Position numbers and translations under genes: made by a program
Shown: positions 33,430 to 46,712 of the stretch, one piece after another
Layout: the number at the start of each line of letters is the position of its first letter
Position numbering within the stretch: the first letter of the stretch is position 1
Origin: Marsupella aquatica
Lineage: Eukaryota; Plantae; Marchantiophyta
Length of the DNA: 64,000 nucleotides
Direction of reading: 5' to 3'
Assembly (NCBI GenBank): GCA_973895155.1
Contig: OZ316893.1
Coordinates: 5,594,171 to 5,658,170, forward strand
Notes under the pieces: model-generated
Database searches by the model: none
The model's input: only the letters and a program-made list of their open reading frames with translations
What the model was told of the DNA's origin: nothing

Positions 33430-36040
33430 AGTTCGGTCATCCTTGTTGCAACTCATGCAGCTTATCTTGGCGCATCCTATCGAGGTCTCCTATTGGTCTT
33501 TACTCATGCATTTTCCATAGTGGACTCTTACCCTCCCTAGTCACGGTGGTCGCGTGGGTCACCGTGAGACTGCCTCTCGTATCCATTGTTTTCTGCGGGG
33601 AGATTGGGAACAGCTTCAGGAAGAGTACTTTCTTCGAGCCCGTTCCTTTACTACCCGTGCTTTGTCTGACCCAGCTCGTCACTCTCATCCTCCAGAGCAT
33701 AGACGCCTTTGTCGCTCTTGTCGTTTAGCCCAGGCTGGTGAATATCATCGTGCGGTCCAGGCCCTTTCTCCCACCACACCAGCCCCCCTGGCGAGGTCAC
33801 CTTGACGGCCCTTCAGGATCTCCATCCGCAGCCCTATGATCAGCTCCCTTTGTTCGTGGAGGATTTTGAGCCTGAGGAGGATCTTCAGTTTAGTAGAGAC
33901 CACTTCACCTATGCTTTCCTCCATGCTCCGTGTTGCGCGGCTGGTGGCCCCTCTGGCTATGTCTTTGAGCATTTTCGTGATTTATTCCCCCCTGAGGATC
34001 CTCAGTCTGGTTTTCCAGTTTTCTTCTCCTTTTGCCAGTGTATTGCTGCCTGCCGTTTGCCTCCTCCCGTCTCTCGGCTTTTGAGTGCTTCTCGTTTATT
34101 GGCCATGGCTAAGTCTTCGATCACCGGGTGTTCGGCCCATAGCTATTGGAGAGGTTTTTCTTCGTCTGGTGTCTCGCACACTTTCATCGCAGTATCGCTC
34201 TGCACTATCGGATCATCTCTCTCCACATCAGTTTGCAGTGGACGTTCCTGGCGGTTGTGAGACAGTTATTGCGGGTATTCGTACTACCTTGGACCTCCAC
34301 CCTGATTGGGTTGTCCTCCAGGTTGATGTCTCCAATGCTTTCGATACGGTTTCTCGGGCAGCAATTTTTCGTGCTTTGAGGGCAGCGGATCTAGACATCC
34401 AGTCCCTTATCCCCTTTGTCCGTTGTTTTTATGGGTTCGAGGCCCCCCTCTTCTATAGTCATCACACCTCTACAGGAGTGTATACCACTCTTTCTTCTGC
34501 AGAAGGTACACGTCAGGGTGACCCTTTGGGTGGGCCTCTTTTTGCCATTGCCCATTTTACTACTTTACGGGAAGCCTCCGCGGCCCACCCCCAGTGTATC
34601 TTCCCCTCCCTTTCAGATGACACCCACATCATTGGTCCACCTATTGCTGTTACTTCTGCCCTTGCCACCCTTTCCACCCATTTGTTGGGCCTCGGTTTAC
34701 GGGTTCAGCCGGTGAAGAGTCGTGCATGGAGTCCAGCTGGGTTACCCTCTGATCTTGCGCTTCCCCTTGGGTTCTTACGTCCAGCCGACGGTCTTCGGGT
34801 CCTTGGCTCCCCAGTCGGTACCGCCTCCTTTTGCTCATCTTTCATTGCTGACGCTCTCCAGGCTGCCTTAGCCCCTACTCCTATGCTCCCTAAGTTAGCA
34901 AACTCTCAGGCAGCATTTGGGTTGTTGTTGAGATGCATCCACCCTCGTGCATCCTATTTGGCTCGAACACATCCCCCTACCGAGGATCTTTATCTACACC
35001 TCCGAGCGTTTGATGTCTCTATTCGTGAGACTTTGGCCTCTCTTTTAGGGCCAGGTACTTTGCTCTCATCTCCGTGGCTTCATCGACAGCTCAGTCTTCC
35101 TATTTCTCACGGTGGTTTTGGGCTTACTTCCACTGAGCGCCTTGCACCTTTGGCCTTCTTGGACGCGTGGGCGGCCGCCTTCTCATTGTTGGCAGATCGT
35201 TTCCTTACTGAGGATCGACCTTTTTACTTTTGTCTCTCATGGAGGTCGAGGAGGGTTCCCTCCCATTTCAGGTTCATTTGCGCACGGCGCGGTCATCATT
35301 ACCCGATCCTGTTCGAGCTGCGTTATCTTCATTCCAGGAGTTTTTATCCTTGGACCCCGTCCGTCTTCAGGCAAACCTTGTTGGGCGTATGCACGCTTTC
35401 ACCCTCTCCAGCATCCTCACCAAGGCACCTGACACGGACCAAGCTCGGATTCTTTCTTCCGGAGGGAAGGGCGCAAGAGGCTGGCTTCAGGCCAATCCAG
35501 TCATTCCTCACCTGCGGATGTCTTTCCTCACCTGGGCGTCTCCATCATCAGTTCGACGGGCTTCTTCGCCAAGTTGCTCGGGATGTTCATGGCCGGATGG
35601 GTCCCACCGGGCCCCCGCTATCTGTTTTGACCATGCACTTTCGGTAACGCATTTCAGTCACCTTACAACGTGCTCAAGCTCGAGATGTCTTTCGTCGATC
35701 TCTGACAGTCGGTGCTAGTGTGACTCCGCAGCGGCTAGCCCCCCTAGAGGACATTCCTGTCCCACTTGCCGATCTAGTTTTGACACTTGATGTAGACCAC
35801 TAGCTTGTTGTCACATTTGCTAGGTATGATGAGGACCTCGGTCCATTTGCGGTAGTTTTAGTTCCTCTTTCTTGGTTTTTAGGGGTTTCCTTTTGCTCAC
35901 TTCTTTTAGTTCCTCTTTCTTGATTTTTAGGGTTTCCTTTTGCTCACTTCTTTTGCGTTTGGTTTTGTCCACTTGGGACCTCTCTTGTTTATTCTTTTGT
36001 ACTCTATTTGGCCTTTTTCTATAAAAAGTATGTGTATATT
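33430..36040 (+). mobile_element. CRE-like non-LTR retrotransposon (RT + restriction-like endonuclease), frameshifted, endonuclease region deleted
   Basis: RT motifs GGPSG, RPIAIGE, QFAV...GGCE, VDVSNAFD, GTRQGDPLG, LSDD, LGSPVG, LP..HGGFGL; junction near 35525 skips the CCHC/RLE segment seen in sister copies. Confidence 0.88.
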
Positions 36041-38061
36041 TCTTCCGCTCAGACAGAGTTGAACGAGTCCCAAGCTCCAATAGAATCTCTCACTCTGGAT
36101 CCGACCTTCTCTCTCTCTAGCTGAGACCCAGTGTTTTTTTTAGTGGTGAAAATTTGCTAGATTCTACCTCCCCAAAAATCTTTTGCCACTTTCGGCAAAA
36201 ATACTATTATGCTGTCTCATTAGCCAGTGTTCCACCCAATCCCAGGCCCCATTAGCCAGAATCTAATTGTAAGCCTTAAATAACCTAATCCCAGGTACCA
36301 TTAGCCAGAATCTAATAGTCAGCCTTAAATCTAGGGAGATCTGACAGAGAAAAATAATAAAATAGAGAATCTTTTGAGCATCTTTTTTTCACACACTTTA
36401 CAATCGCCACTCTAACTAAAAAGTGAAATCCTTAGAAAATACGCTGCTCCGACGTCTCTCTCGCTCTCGCTCCTCCTTTGAATGAGTCCAATAATGCCGG
36501 TACAATATGACTGTTGCACTCTTGAAGCACAGTAGCAGTGGTTTCCTGGAGGCAAGCATCGCAAGAATGTTACATGGCAGATCGTAGAATTAGTCGAATT
36601 CTCTGACCTGGTATGTTGCTGTTGGCAGTCACCGTATCTCTACCAATGGATTTTGTACAAAGGTCCCAGCTCCGAAGCTTCGGTCTCTGCATGCAGTAGT
36701 AGTGAGTTTTTGTTGATCTTCCACCTTTACTCACCTAACGGCTGACGCAGTTGTCATGCTCTGGTGGAGGCCCACGCGGACCAGAATTATCGAGCTTGAC
36801 TTTCAGCGACAGCAAAAGGAGTGGCCGGGAATGACCAGGACCCGTTCAGGGCTTCAGGCTTTGCAGTCTTTTCGCTCTGTAGGATTTCGGCGAGGGACAG
36901 GATCGACGAGTTGGAGCAAAGTTGTCAACGCACAGAAGCACAGTAATTTGACTGTGGAGAGTTTCCGGCCAGGACCTTCAGTTTGCCGCGATCCAGAAAT
37001 ATTGTAAGAGATTTCCTGGATTAGCTCATTCTTAGAGGCAGAAGCTCAGAAGATTCAATTCATAGGTGTGCAGAGTGGCCATCACTTTACCCGGTGGGGT
37101 GATGATTGACTCGACCGACGTGAACTCACTACGCTTCTCGTTGAACGAAGCACCGTTTCAGAAAAGGGAAAAGAGAGATGTCCTCACAGGGGGTAATCTG
37201 GAGAGGGGCGCGCCGATTGTAAACGATTGCAAAGCTAGACAGGATCCCAAAAAGGAGACCCAGTAGGGCGTCGCAAACCTCCGAGTTTTGCCGCAGGTCA
37301 CTCAAAGTCGAACTTCAGTGGTGGAGACAAAAATTGGGTTACTGTAAACGCACATGACATCGTTTTATACCATGATAAAATTTAGTTATTTATTTTTAAT
37401 TCAGCGAGTGCACACTCTATATTAACACATTTTGATATGTGATTATCAACAGGGCAAAAATGTTTGCCCGCACACTCTTAACTGTGCAACCAAAACTGCT
37501 ATTTTCAGGACAGGGTTTTTTTAGGGTGGACTTGAGGGTTTGAGATGCCCTAATCAAGGGAAGAAAGAAGGTGACATATTTATAAATATCATAAAATACT
37601 GGTGGTATTGTTAATTTAAGCATCTTTAGTGAGAATGTGTTTAAATAGGATCGATTTCTTTCTCACTAGGTGTGGTCCTTCCTCATGCTCCATTAATTTT
37701 TTTAATATTTTTTTTTGGTTGCCTCCTTTTCTCAGGCAGTCCTCGATGTATTCGCTCAGTCTTCTCGGAATAAAATATTTTGGGCATGGATCCTTTAAAA
37801 ACCAATTAAAAAAAGTGCTTGAATGCTGTTGCAATAAAATTCACGGGATGGAGACCTTCTAGGTGGAACTAAACTCACTAGACGTGGCAAGAAAATATCG
37901 TTGACGGTTGCTTTCAAAGAGGTCTATGCCCATTGCTTTCTCATATAATTTATTTTAATTGAGATTAAATCTGGAGTGTATAATGAGTGTGATCTGATGC
38001 AAATGACTCTACAGGAATAAGTGCCCCCTATATATATAAAAAAGCAAGTCACCCAACTTTA

Positions 38062-39870
38062 TATATATACCAGGAAAAAAGGGGAAGTACAATGAAAGGC
38101 AAGAAAAGGTGGTCCAAAGAAGACAAAAACCAAACCAAGAAAAAGAAAGCAAGTGCAAACCTAAGAAAACTGATTAAAGAAAATAAAGGGAAAGGTGTCC
38201 ATCAGTGCATGAGTGTCAATTCAGGGACTAGTGTCCACATTGGAAAATGTGACAAGAGCTAATAGGCCACAACTAATGTACTATCTCAGCAAGTGGGACA
38301 GGAATGTCCTCTAGGGGTCTAGCATTGGCGGAGGCACAACGGCTCCTACTAGCTATGAGGGATTGACAATAAAATGGCGCGAGCTTGGGCACACTGTAAG
38401 GCCACTGAAATGCACTGAAAAAAGTCGTGGTCAAGATGGATAGTGGGGGTCCGGAGGGACCCTTCCGTCCTTGAATGTCATGAGCAGCCTGTCGAAGAAG
38501 ATCATCAAACTAATGATGAAGACGCCCAAAAATCTCAATAGCAAGGGGGAGGAAGGAATCCGATGAAGCATATTTTGCCTCCTTTATCATGGCCGCAAAG
38601 GGCATATGCTACCACAACATCCGCCAAAGTACTATGCCAACCATCACTGACCATGGTCAGATCAACCCTGTAATCGTTATGGTGGAGGACTAGGTACCAA
38701 AGACCCAAAGAGAACCTGAGCTGTAATATCTCTCACAACATCATGAACCACTATGGTTTTGCCTCCCAAATTAACTCGACCCAAAGTGCATCAAAGAAGA
38801 TGGACCCATGTGGCACCCCAAGGCTTCCCACATGTGCATGAAGTGGGTAGACCTATGAGAAGAGGATGGAGTAGCGAGAAGAGGATGGAGTAGCCCTAGA
38901 CAAAGATGAATGGCGGTGGAGAACTCCTCTGAAGATATCCACAGATGGGGGATCGATGGCCAAATTGGCCTGAAGCCACCCTCGAACACCTTTCCCTCCA
39001 AAAGAAAAATCCAAGCTTGGTCTGTTTACAATAGGTGCCTCGGCGAGGATGCTAGAGAGGATGAAAGTGTGCATACGCTCAACAAGGCCAGCCTGAAGAT
39101 GGAGAGGGTCCAAGGATATAAACTCCTGAGTGAAAAGAAGGTAACATGGCACGTAGAAGATCGTAGTGAGGACCATGCATTGCGCAAATAAACCTGAAAT
39201 GGGAGGGAACCCTCCTCAACCTCCATAAGAGATGAAAGTAAAAAAAGGCGATCCTCAACAAGGAAACAATCAGCCAGCAAAGAGGATGAGGCCGCCCATG
39301 AACCCAACAATGCTAAGGGGGGAATGCTCTCAATGGAAGTAAGCCCAATGAAAACCACCTTGAGAAATAGGAAGTGTCAACTGTTGGTGAAGTCACAGAG
39401 ATGAGAGCAACAAACCAGGTCCCAAAAGGGAGGCACAAGTCTCTCAAATGGAAATATCAAAAGTACATAGGTGACATAGACAAAGACCCTCAGTAGGGGG
39501 ATACGCTCCAAGCAAGATAAGATGCCCTGGGGTGGAAGCATCTCAACAACATCCCAAATGTTGAGTATCCACTAGCGTAGGGAGCAAAGGAGCTGGGACT
39601 AGAGCAGCCTATAGAGCATCCGCAGTAAAAGATGAGAAAAGGGCAGCAGTATTGACAAGGGGGCCAAGGACCCAAAGACCTCTTGCTGGACGTAAGAACC
39701 CGGGGGGAAGAGCCAAATCAGAGGGTAACCCAACCGGACTCCAAGCACAACACTTCACGGCCTGAACCCGTAAACCAAGGGCCATCAACTGGTCAGAAAG
39801 GGTGGTTAGGGCAGCAACAACCTCAGTGGTAGGACCAATAATGTGGGTGTCGTCGGAAAGTGAATGGAAA
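38062..39870 (-). mobile_element. Older, degenerate copy of the CRE-like element
   Basis: SLMEVEEGSLPFQV, SDDTHIIG and 3' end homologous to 34610-36040. Confidence 0.85.
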
Positions 39871-40522
39871 ATACTATTAATATATGGTGTCTATCTATCC
39901 TACATGGAGACAGGGACCCAAGGAAAAGCTAATTTTGAGTGTTTGCTTTATCTAGAATGTTAGTCCACTACATGAACTGCTGATCTTGGGTACTTACTTC
40001 ATCTAGAATGTTAAATCACCTTGAAAGGTGGAACAAACATATCCAAAACCCAGGGTCCTTCATTCAATGGATCTGCATTTATAGAACTTGGATTCAAATA
40101 GAAAACACATACATGACTACCTAAGTTTATTTACAAAAATTAAGAAAATGATGCTCCAATGGACCAGGGAATGGACCACAAGGTTTGTCTTTTGAAACCC
40201 CCATGGACCTCATTTCCCCAAATTTGAGTTTAATTATAATAACTTGATATTCACAAATTCAGATATTTTTTAGTGTTGAGGATATGCTAGAGGAGTTGGT
40301 AAGTCACACTTCCATCAAAGTGACATTCAATTTTTGGTCTAATGGTTGAGTTATTAATCATGGGATGGGGCAGGGTAAATTCTATTAGATTCATTTTCAT
40401 TATGTTAAATTTCAAACACTAGGGTTTGAGTTCTTTTAGATCTCCTCCTTCCCTTGTTGCCTTCCCAATGAAAAACTAAAAATTAATTTAAGGCTTGTAA
40501 TCATCAAGCTATAAGCCTAAAA

Positions 40523-40871
40523 TGTTAGGATTAACTCTAAGGTCTAGAGTTACAACTGTACCGTAGTTAGGGCTAACCTTAGTCGTAGACTAGGTTAGGT
40601 TAGTCATGATATGCACACACTTACCCAAGCGGTGTTTGCTTGGATAGTGGGAACTCAAGCTGATTGTTACGGAGCCAGTTGAGAGATAGGGAGAGCTTGT
40701 GTTATGAATGTTTGGTATAGCCGGTCGGCCTAGAGTGCAGTAAAGCTCTTCAATTGTGTGTTCCCGTGGATGTAGCCTTATGAGGAAGTGAACCACGTAT
40801 CTCTCTATGTTGACTACTTGTTCATTGGATGATTATGGGCATGCCGTTGTGAATGTCGTCAATGCTCAACT
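40523..40871 (+). mobile_element. Solo LTR (Copia-type), copy 1
   Basis: TGTTAGG...CTCAAC(T); TSD TAAAA; CCCGTGGATGTAG...GAACCACGTA block typical of plant Copia LTRs. Confidence 0.8.
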
Positions 40872-41238
40872 TAAAACTCCCAGGGACCACCAACGGGACG
40901 TGGTATACAAGAGCACTATGTCCAACATAGTGGTCCATCTGGGCTTCTTAATGAGAAAACAAGGTACATTGAGTAAAAACAGAAAAGAGATCCAAAAGGA
41001 GACAACCATTGAATGCAAAATAAGACGAAAGTTTGCAACGGGGAACTCAAGGACCTAGAAAGAGGAGAATCAAAATCAGGGAAAGGATCTACCATTACCA
41101 TAGTATGATGGGCTAATGGTCCACATGTATGCAAAAGTGAAATTTTCTGATAAAAGTGCATTATCAAAATGGATTTTGGTGGCTTGGTGGAACCCACCCA
41201 TTTATAAATGTTGCAGTTTACCTCACAAAGGACCCCTG

Positions 41239-41581
41239 TGTTAGGTATTTACTCAAGGTCCAGGGTTACGACATGTAATCGTAGTTAGACTAACTGTAGT
41301 CGGAGACGTGGTTAGGTTAACTAGGATGCACACTATATGCCAAACGGTGTTTGCTTGGATAAGTGGAACTTAGGCTCATTGTTATGGAGCCACTTGAGAG
41401 ATGAGGAGAGCTTACACTGTGGAGACTTGGTATGGCCGACGGACTTAGAGTTCAGTAAAGCTCTCTTGTGTGTTCCCGTGGACGTAGCCTCGAGGAGGTG
41501 AACCACGTATCTCTTGTGTCGACTATTTGCGCGTTGGATATGTCATGTGCTTACCATTACGAGTGTCGTCTATGCTCAACA
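41239..41581 (+). mobile_element. Solo LTR (Copia-type), copy 2
   Basis: TGTTAGG...CTCAACA; flanks CCCTG/CCTTG (one mismatch). Confidence 0.8.
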
Positions 41582-44539
41582 CCTTGCCATCAAAGTGATG
41601 ATAGTATTTCCCAAAGATCTCAAGAGAAAAATAATGCATTTTGGTCTCGACTCTCTCTTTAGAACTAGAAGTGGCACTACAATCTCGACTACAATTTGTG
41701 TGAAAAAAGTAATATGGATAATATGACTGGAAATGGCATTTTGAGATTTGCAGTTTACTTGTCTTTTGGTAATAAAAGTCAACCCTAAATTATCAGGAAA
41801 ATTTGGGCTTCTCTTAAGTGTGATGGAACTTAAAACTTAAAAACCTCCCAGGGGCTTGACTGTGCATTGACTCCTTGTTATCAGAGTATTATCTAGTCTA
41901 GTCACTATAATAATTCAAACTCCCTTTCCTTTCTGACTCATGGTTTGGTTTCAAAATGTCATTTTGGTGTTTCCCTATTTGACTCTTCAATTACATGGTG
42001 ACATTTTATTTAACCATGAGATGGTCTTGAAGGTGTCACTGTGCACCTTCTCCATGCCCAACCCGTCATTGCCCCCACAGCACACATACTCCCTCCAATT
42101 CAATTGCCAGGCCATTACTGTGCGTCTTTTCTTATGTGTCTTTTCTTATGTCCAACACGTAAGTGTCACTGCAACTCACACACTCCTTGAAATTCAATTG
42201 CAATAACAATATTACTTGTTCACCATCACTTCCATGTTGACAATATTTGCATGGGCCTTGAGGATTCAAAAAATGCTTTTAGCCCCAGGACACTATATTT
42301 AGTGTGTGCAATGGCCCTCCAGTTTGCTTTGGTGAAAATAACTCCCAAGTGCCCCAGGTCTTGTAAAGTCCACCTTAGTAGCCTCTCTTTTTCTTGATCT
42401 CTTTTTCTTGGATCTTATAAGTCACAATACCCAGGAATGATGGAGTCCCACCAGTAGAGTCGACAGGATCTTCGCTCGGAAAACGAAGAGTCCCCACAGT
42501 AGAGTCGACAGGATCTTTGCTCAGTGAACGAACTTAATGTTTTCGAGGCAACAAGAATGCGTAGTACACTGCAATGGAACTATGGTCTACAAATAAACTA
42601 CAGCAATAATTCTTCCTGCTTCTTGAAGTCAGCCAACCAACACCGATTCATCAGGAACTCTCAGAACTACGGAAGTACTACGGTACTGTAGTGTGTACAG
42701 AAAAGACCCCAGCCGGGAGACAGTCAACGTTTTCTCGCTCAACTTTTCAATAAAGTCCCTGGAGAACCAATCGAGATGTGGATAGGAAACTACGGCACAG
42801 TCTGGCTCCGAACGCCGTCTCGCCCACCGACCAGATTTACAGTAGTTCGATCAAAAGCTAGCCCATGGGCGCGGAAGGGATCCCGTCGGCGATATCAGTG
42901 CGCTAAAATCGTTTTTGCCGTTTGCAGTCGTCCCTATTCATCGCACGACCCATGAAGTCACGAACCGTTCAGAAAATCCGAGCGGGCCATAGTCTTCACT
43001 CTGACGAAGACGCTACCGCCGTAGCAAGTCACCGAAAGATCGAGCCGCAGTGCGGGGGAAATCAGGGGTACAACAGAAAGCAGCGTCTCGTGGAGACGAT
43101 TGACGGACTGACTCACTGACTTCTCCCGGGTTTCGAGAAGAAGAAAGCCAAATTCGTGGGAAAGAATCGCAGGACCTTGCTAGCTTGATCTAGCTTGCAT
43201 CCGGCCACAACGCCACATGGACGAACGAATACACGCACGGACGCCTCAGCCAGGGCAGAACTGCAGAAGTTAGCGCATCTGAATGGAAGCATGCTGCGGG
43301 AATTTAGCTGAGCTGATTGAGCCCTACTCACTTATTAAAACTCACGTATCAACGCATGTGGATTGCGGTCGACTCTCCAATGCCTGACCGAATGTGAATG
43401 TCCTTCAGTCCTTCTTGATTGCTGGGTTGATTGGTAAGCTGCTATGTCAAATTATTGGAGCAGCTCACTACTTCACTGGGATCCGGACTGTGCAAAGAAC
43501 ACTCAGCCAGCTTCACGAACAAGCTACAACTATAAAACCGGGGTGGCACTACTCATGAATGGCAATAATAAAATAAGTTAATATTATAATTCTGGATCTT
43601 ACCGACAAAATATTTTAGATTCATTGCTTGTGAAAGCTCCAAATAATTTTGTAATTTAGCATTTTAATAAGGACTTTGATTTTTCCACCCTTTATTTTGA
43701 ATAGAGACATTGATTCCTACCGTAGCATCAATTTCTAAGCATTTTGATGTAAACATATTATTCTAAGCATTTTGATATATTATTGATACACATTATTTGA
43801 TAATTTATTCTTGCTTTAAAGGGGTTACTAAAGAATCTATCCAAACTCTAAAAAGGAATGATTAATTATTCCTCTCAACATGGGTATCAATGAGGGGGTA
43901 GCCCTACAAGACAAACTAATTTGCCTTTTTGGGGTATCTTCACACTTTTAGGTACTTTAAAGCATATTTGTTTTTTCATTTATTTATATATGATAGTACT
44001 ACAAGCTTTATTACCATCTTGGGGAGATTTTAAATTTGTGTTATTTACGGACCCCACTAGAGGTCCCTTCCAAAATTCCTGGCACCTTAGCGTGCCACGT
44101 CAACAACAACCGCAATAAACAAGTCTCGTCGGTTTTGTAAATCAAATTTATAGTTTTCATTCGTGTTTGTGTCAATTTGGGTGTAATTTTGGGATGCCGT
44201 GCCATAAAAGAAAAGTAAAAATATTGGAAATACAAAGAGCAAGACGGTTAAAACTGTCACTATGTAACCGTTTTAGTTATATTTCCAATTTTAAAACTTA
44301 AATTCAAAGATTTATAAAAAGTATTTTTCATATAATAAATAATAACTAATAATTAACTTGATAACTTCCTTATTAAACCGCAACTCCCTGTATGGACCTC
44401 TCGTATTATACGGTCATTAATGCTGGGAAGAGCACATAGAAACCCATGATCGGGGAGGAGGAATGGCTGGAATCTTGAAAGTTCATCAAATTTTATACTC
44501 AAAACTATTTACTCATTCTCAAAACAAAAAATACCCAGT

Positions 44540-44850
44540 CGTAGATCTCATTGAGATCTTTCTTTTGCACCCTAGATCGCCTTCTAACATGGATGAATAA
44601 GATTTCTAGAGGCATTACAAAATGGACGGCAAAGATTGTAAAATTAATAAAATCGACGGCTAGTAAGGCTTGGATTTGTTTAATTTTTCATTTGAAAAAT
44701 ATTAACCCATTTGCAAAACGGACAGAACCCATCCATAGATCTATTTGAGATCTTTCTTTTGAGCCATAGATTGGCCATTATGATGGACGAACGAGATTTT
44801 CGGAGATAAGAAATGGAGACGGCTCAGATCGACTCTTCCCCCTGATTTTA
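44540..44850. repeat. Dispersed repeat (TE subterminal-like), second copy at ~50470-50655
   Basis: Shared AAGGCTTGGATTTGTTT.ATTTTTCATTTGAAAA, AGATCTCATTGAGATCT, GACGGCTCAGATC...CCCCCTGA. Confidence 0.65.
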
Positions 44851-46712
44851 TTAGCCAAGGGGTCCACGAACTAATTTATAGTGTGGTACTCATTCAAATT
44901 TGAAGTGTACCCAAAATGGCAAATTAACATAAAAGAATTTAGCCAAAGCGAAGGAATAAAACAAAAAGAACATCTAATTGTGAATGAAAATGAAATGCAG
45001 GGTTTCTAAGCAAGAAGACAGAGGAAATGGGGAGTGCCTCTATCAATGCACAAGGGCCAAGGATACTTCCCTTTCCAAACTCACTAAAAACTGTGAACTA
45101 ATCCTAGCCCTTCATTAAAAATTTGTTTTCGTGGCATTGTCAAATCCATCCATCCATCCATCCCCCTTTTTATCACAATTGCCTATGCCCGAGCTGCCCA
45201 TAGCGCGCCCAAACCTGACCAAGATGAAATTAAAATTGGAATTTGAAGAACTGGATATAAGTTTAGATTTTTGAAAAACCTGGGTATAAATAAAATATAT
45301 AATTCTTTAAAAATAGAAAACAAAAAATGTATTTTTTTCTATCACATGGTTGTGCTTGGACTCTATGATGCAGTGATTGTTATGTTGAGTATCCAATTTA
45401 TATGCTCAATGCACAGGTTATTGAACACTATCACCACAACTTTACTTTATCTTGACATTTTATTCTCATTTCATCATTTTTTTCTCACATTGACATCTTT
45501 ATCTCAACCATCTTTTCTTTTGTCACCCTCCACATCTTTTCTCATCTTGATATCTCTATATGATCATAATATCTTTTCTTCACCTAGACATATTTTCTCT
45601 CCCCAACACTTTTGTCTTATCTACATCTTTTACTCGCCTTCATCGATATCTTTTTTTTTCATGACATTGTTTTTCATCTAGACTCATTTTCTTCACCTTG
45701 ACATCTATTTCTATCATTGACAGCTTTTCATCCTGACATCATTTGGTCACCTAAATATCTTTCTCATCATTTTTTGAGCAACCCACTGGAATCAACATTT
45801 TTTGTGGAATCAAATTTGTTTGAGCGAATTGGACTGGTATAATATAGTAGGACATAAATAACCTAGTGTAATATAATTGAACATAAATAAAATTATTGGA
45901 TAGTAAATCTCACTCGCCATATTTGCGTGTGGGAGGGGGCCAAAGAAAAAATGATCACCGTCGTAGTAAGGTAAGGAGCGCAGAGCTTAGCGTCTGACTG
46001 CTTTCTAGTTTCTGTCCATGACTGCCTCGAGCTGCAATTTTGCATGCTTCGACAGTACGTTTCACGTCCAAATGGCAGCGGTGCTTCAGCGCAAATGCCT
46101 TTATTATTGAAAGATGGGCCCACATCCACATCCACTGTTCATGTCGCCATTAAGTTATAACGAAATGCAACCCACCACGATAGACTCGACCCAGCTCTTC
46201 GCGAATTTGAGCTTGAAGAAGGAAACTTGGTCAGCTCACCATACCCTTGAATTTGCGGTAATAGATTCTGTTGCTGCTGCCATTATGGAGCTTTCACACG
46301 GGAGCTTTCATTCATTCACGATACGGTCCAGATCGTGAAATTGATTGTGATGGGCCGCACTTCTCGTGTTCCTTAACTTCGCACTTACGCTCCGTATCAC
46401 AGCTGCGCAGCATTTGCATTACAGCTCTCGGTGTTAAAGCTGCCGTCGGTTCCATCTCGGTTTCTGTCCAGCAATGTCATTGATTGAAGACGCTATCCAG
46501 AGCATTCTCCAATCTGAAAGACTTGTTGGTTACCTTAGCCTACCGCTGTAGAAGTGAAAACTCGCTGAGATGAAATTCTTCCGACGACCTAATTCTACGC
46601 ATGTTTCTCGACCAAGCTTCTCCAGGGATATGGTGGGATCGGATAGTCGTTACAAAGTAAGCCAACATGCAGCTCGGGGACAAAACTTGGTCTGACCTTT
46701 AGTGTTGGAGCG

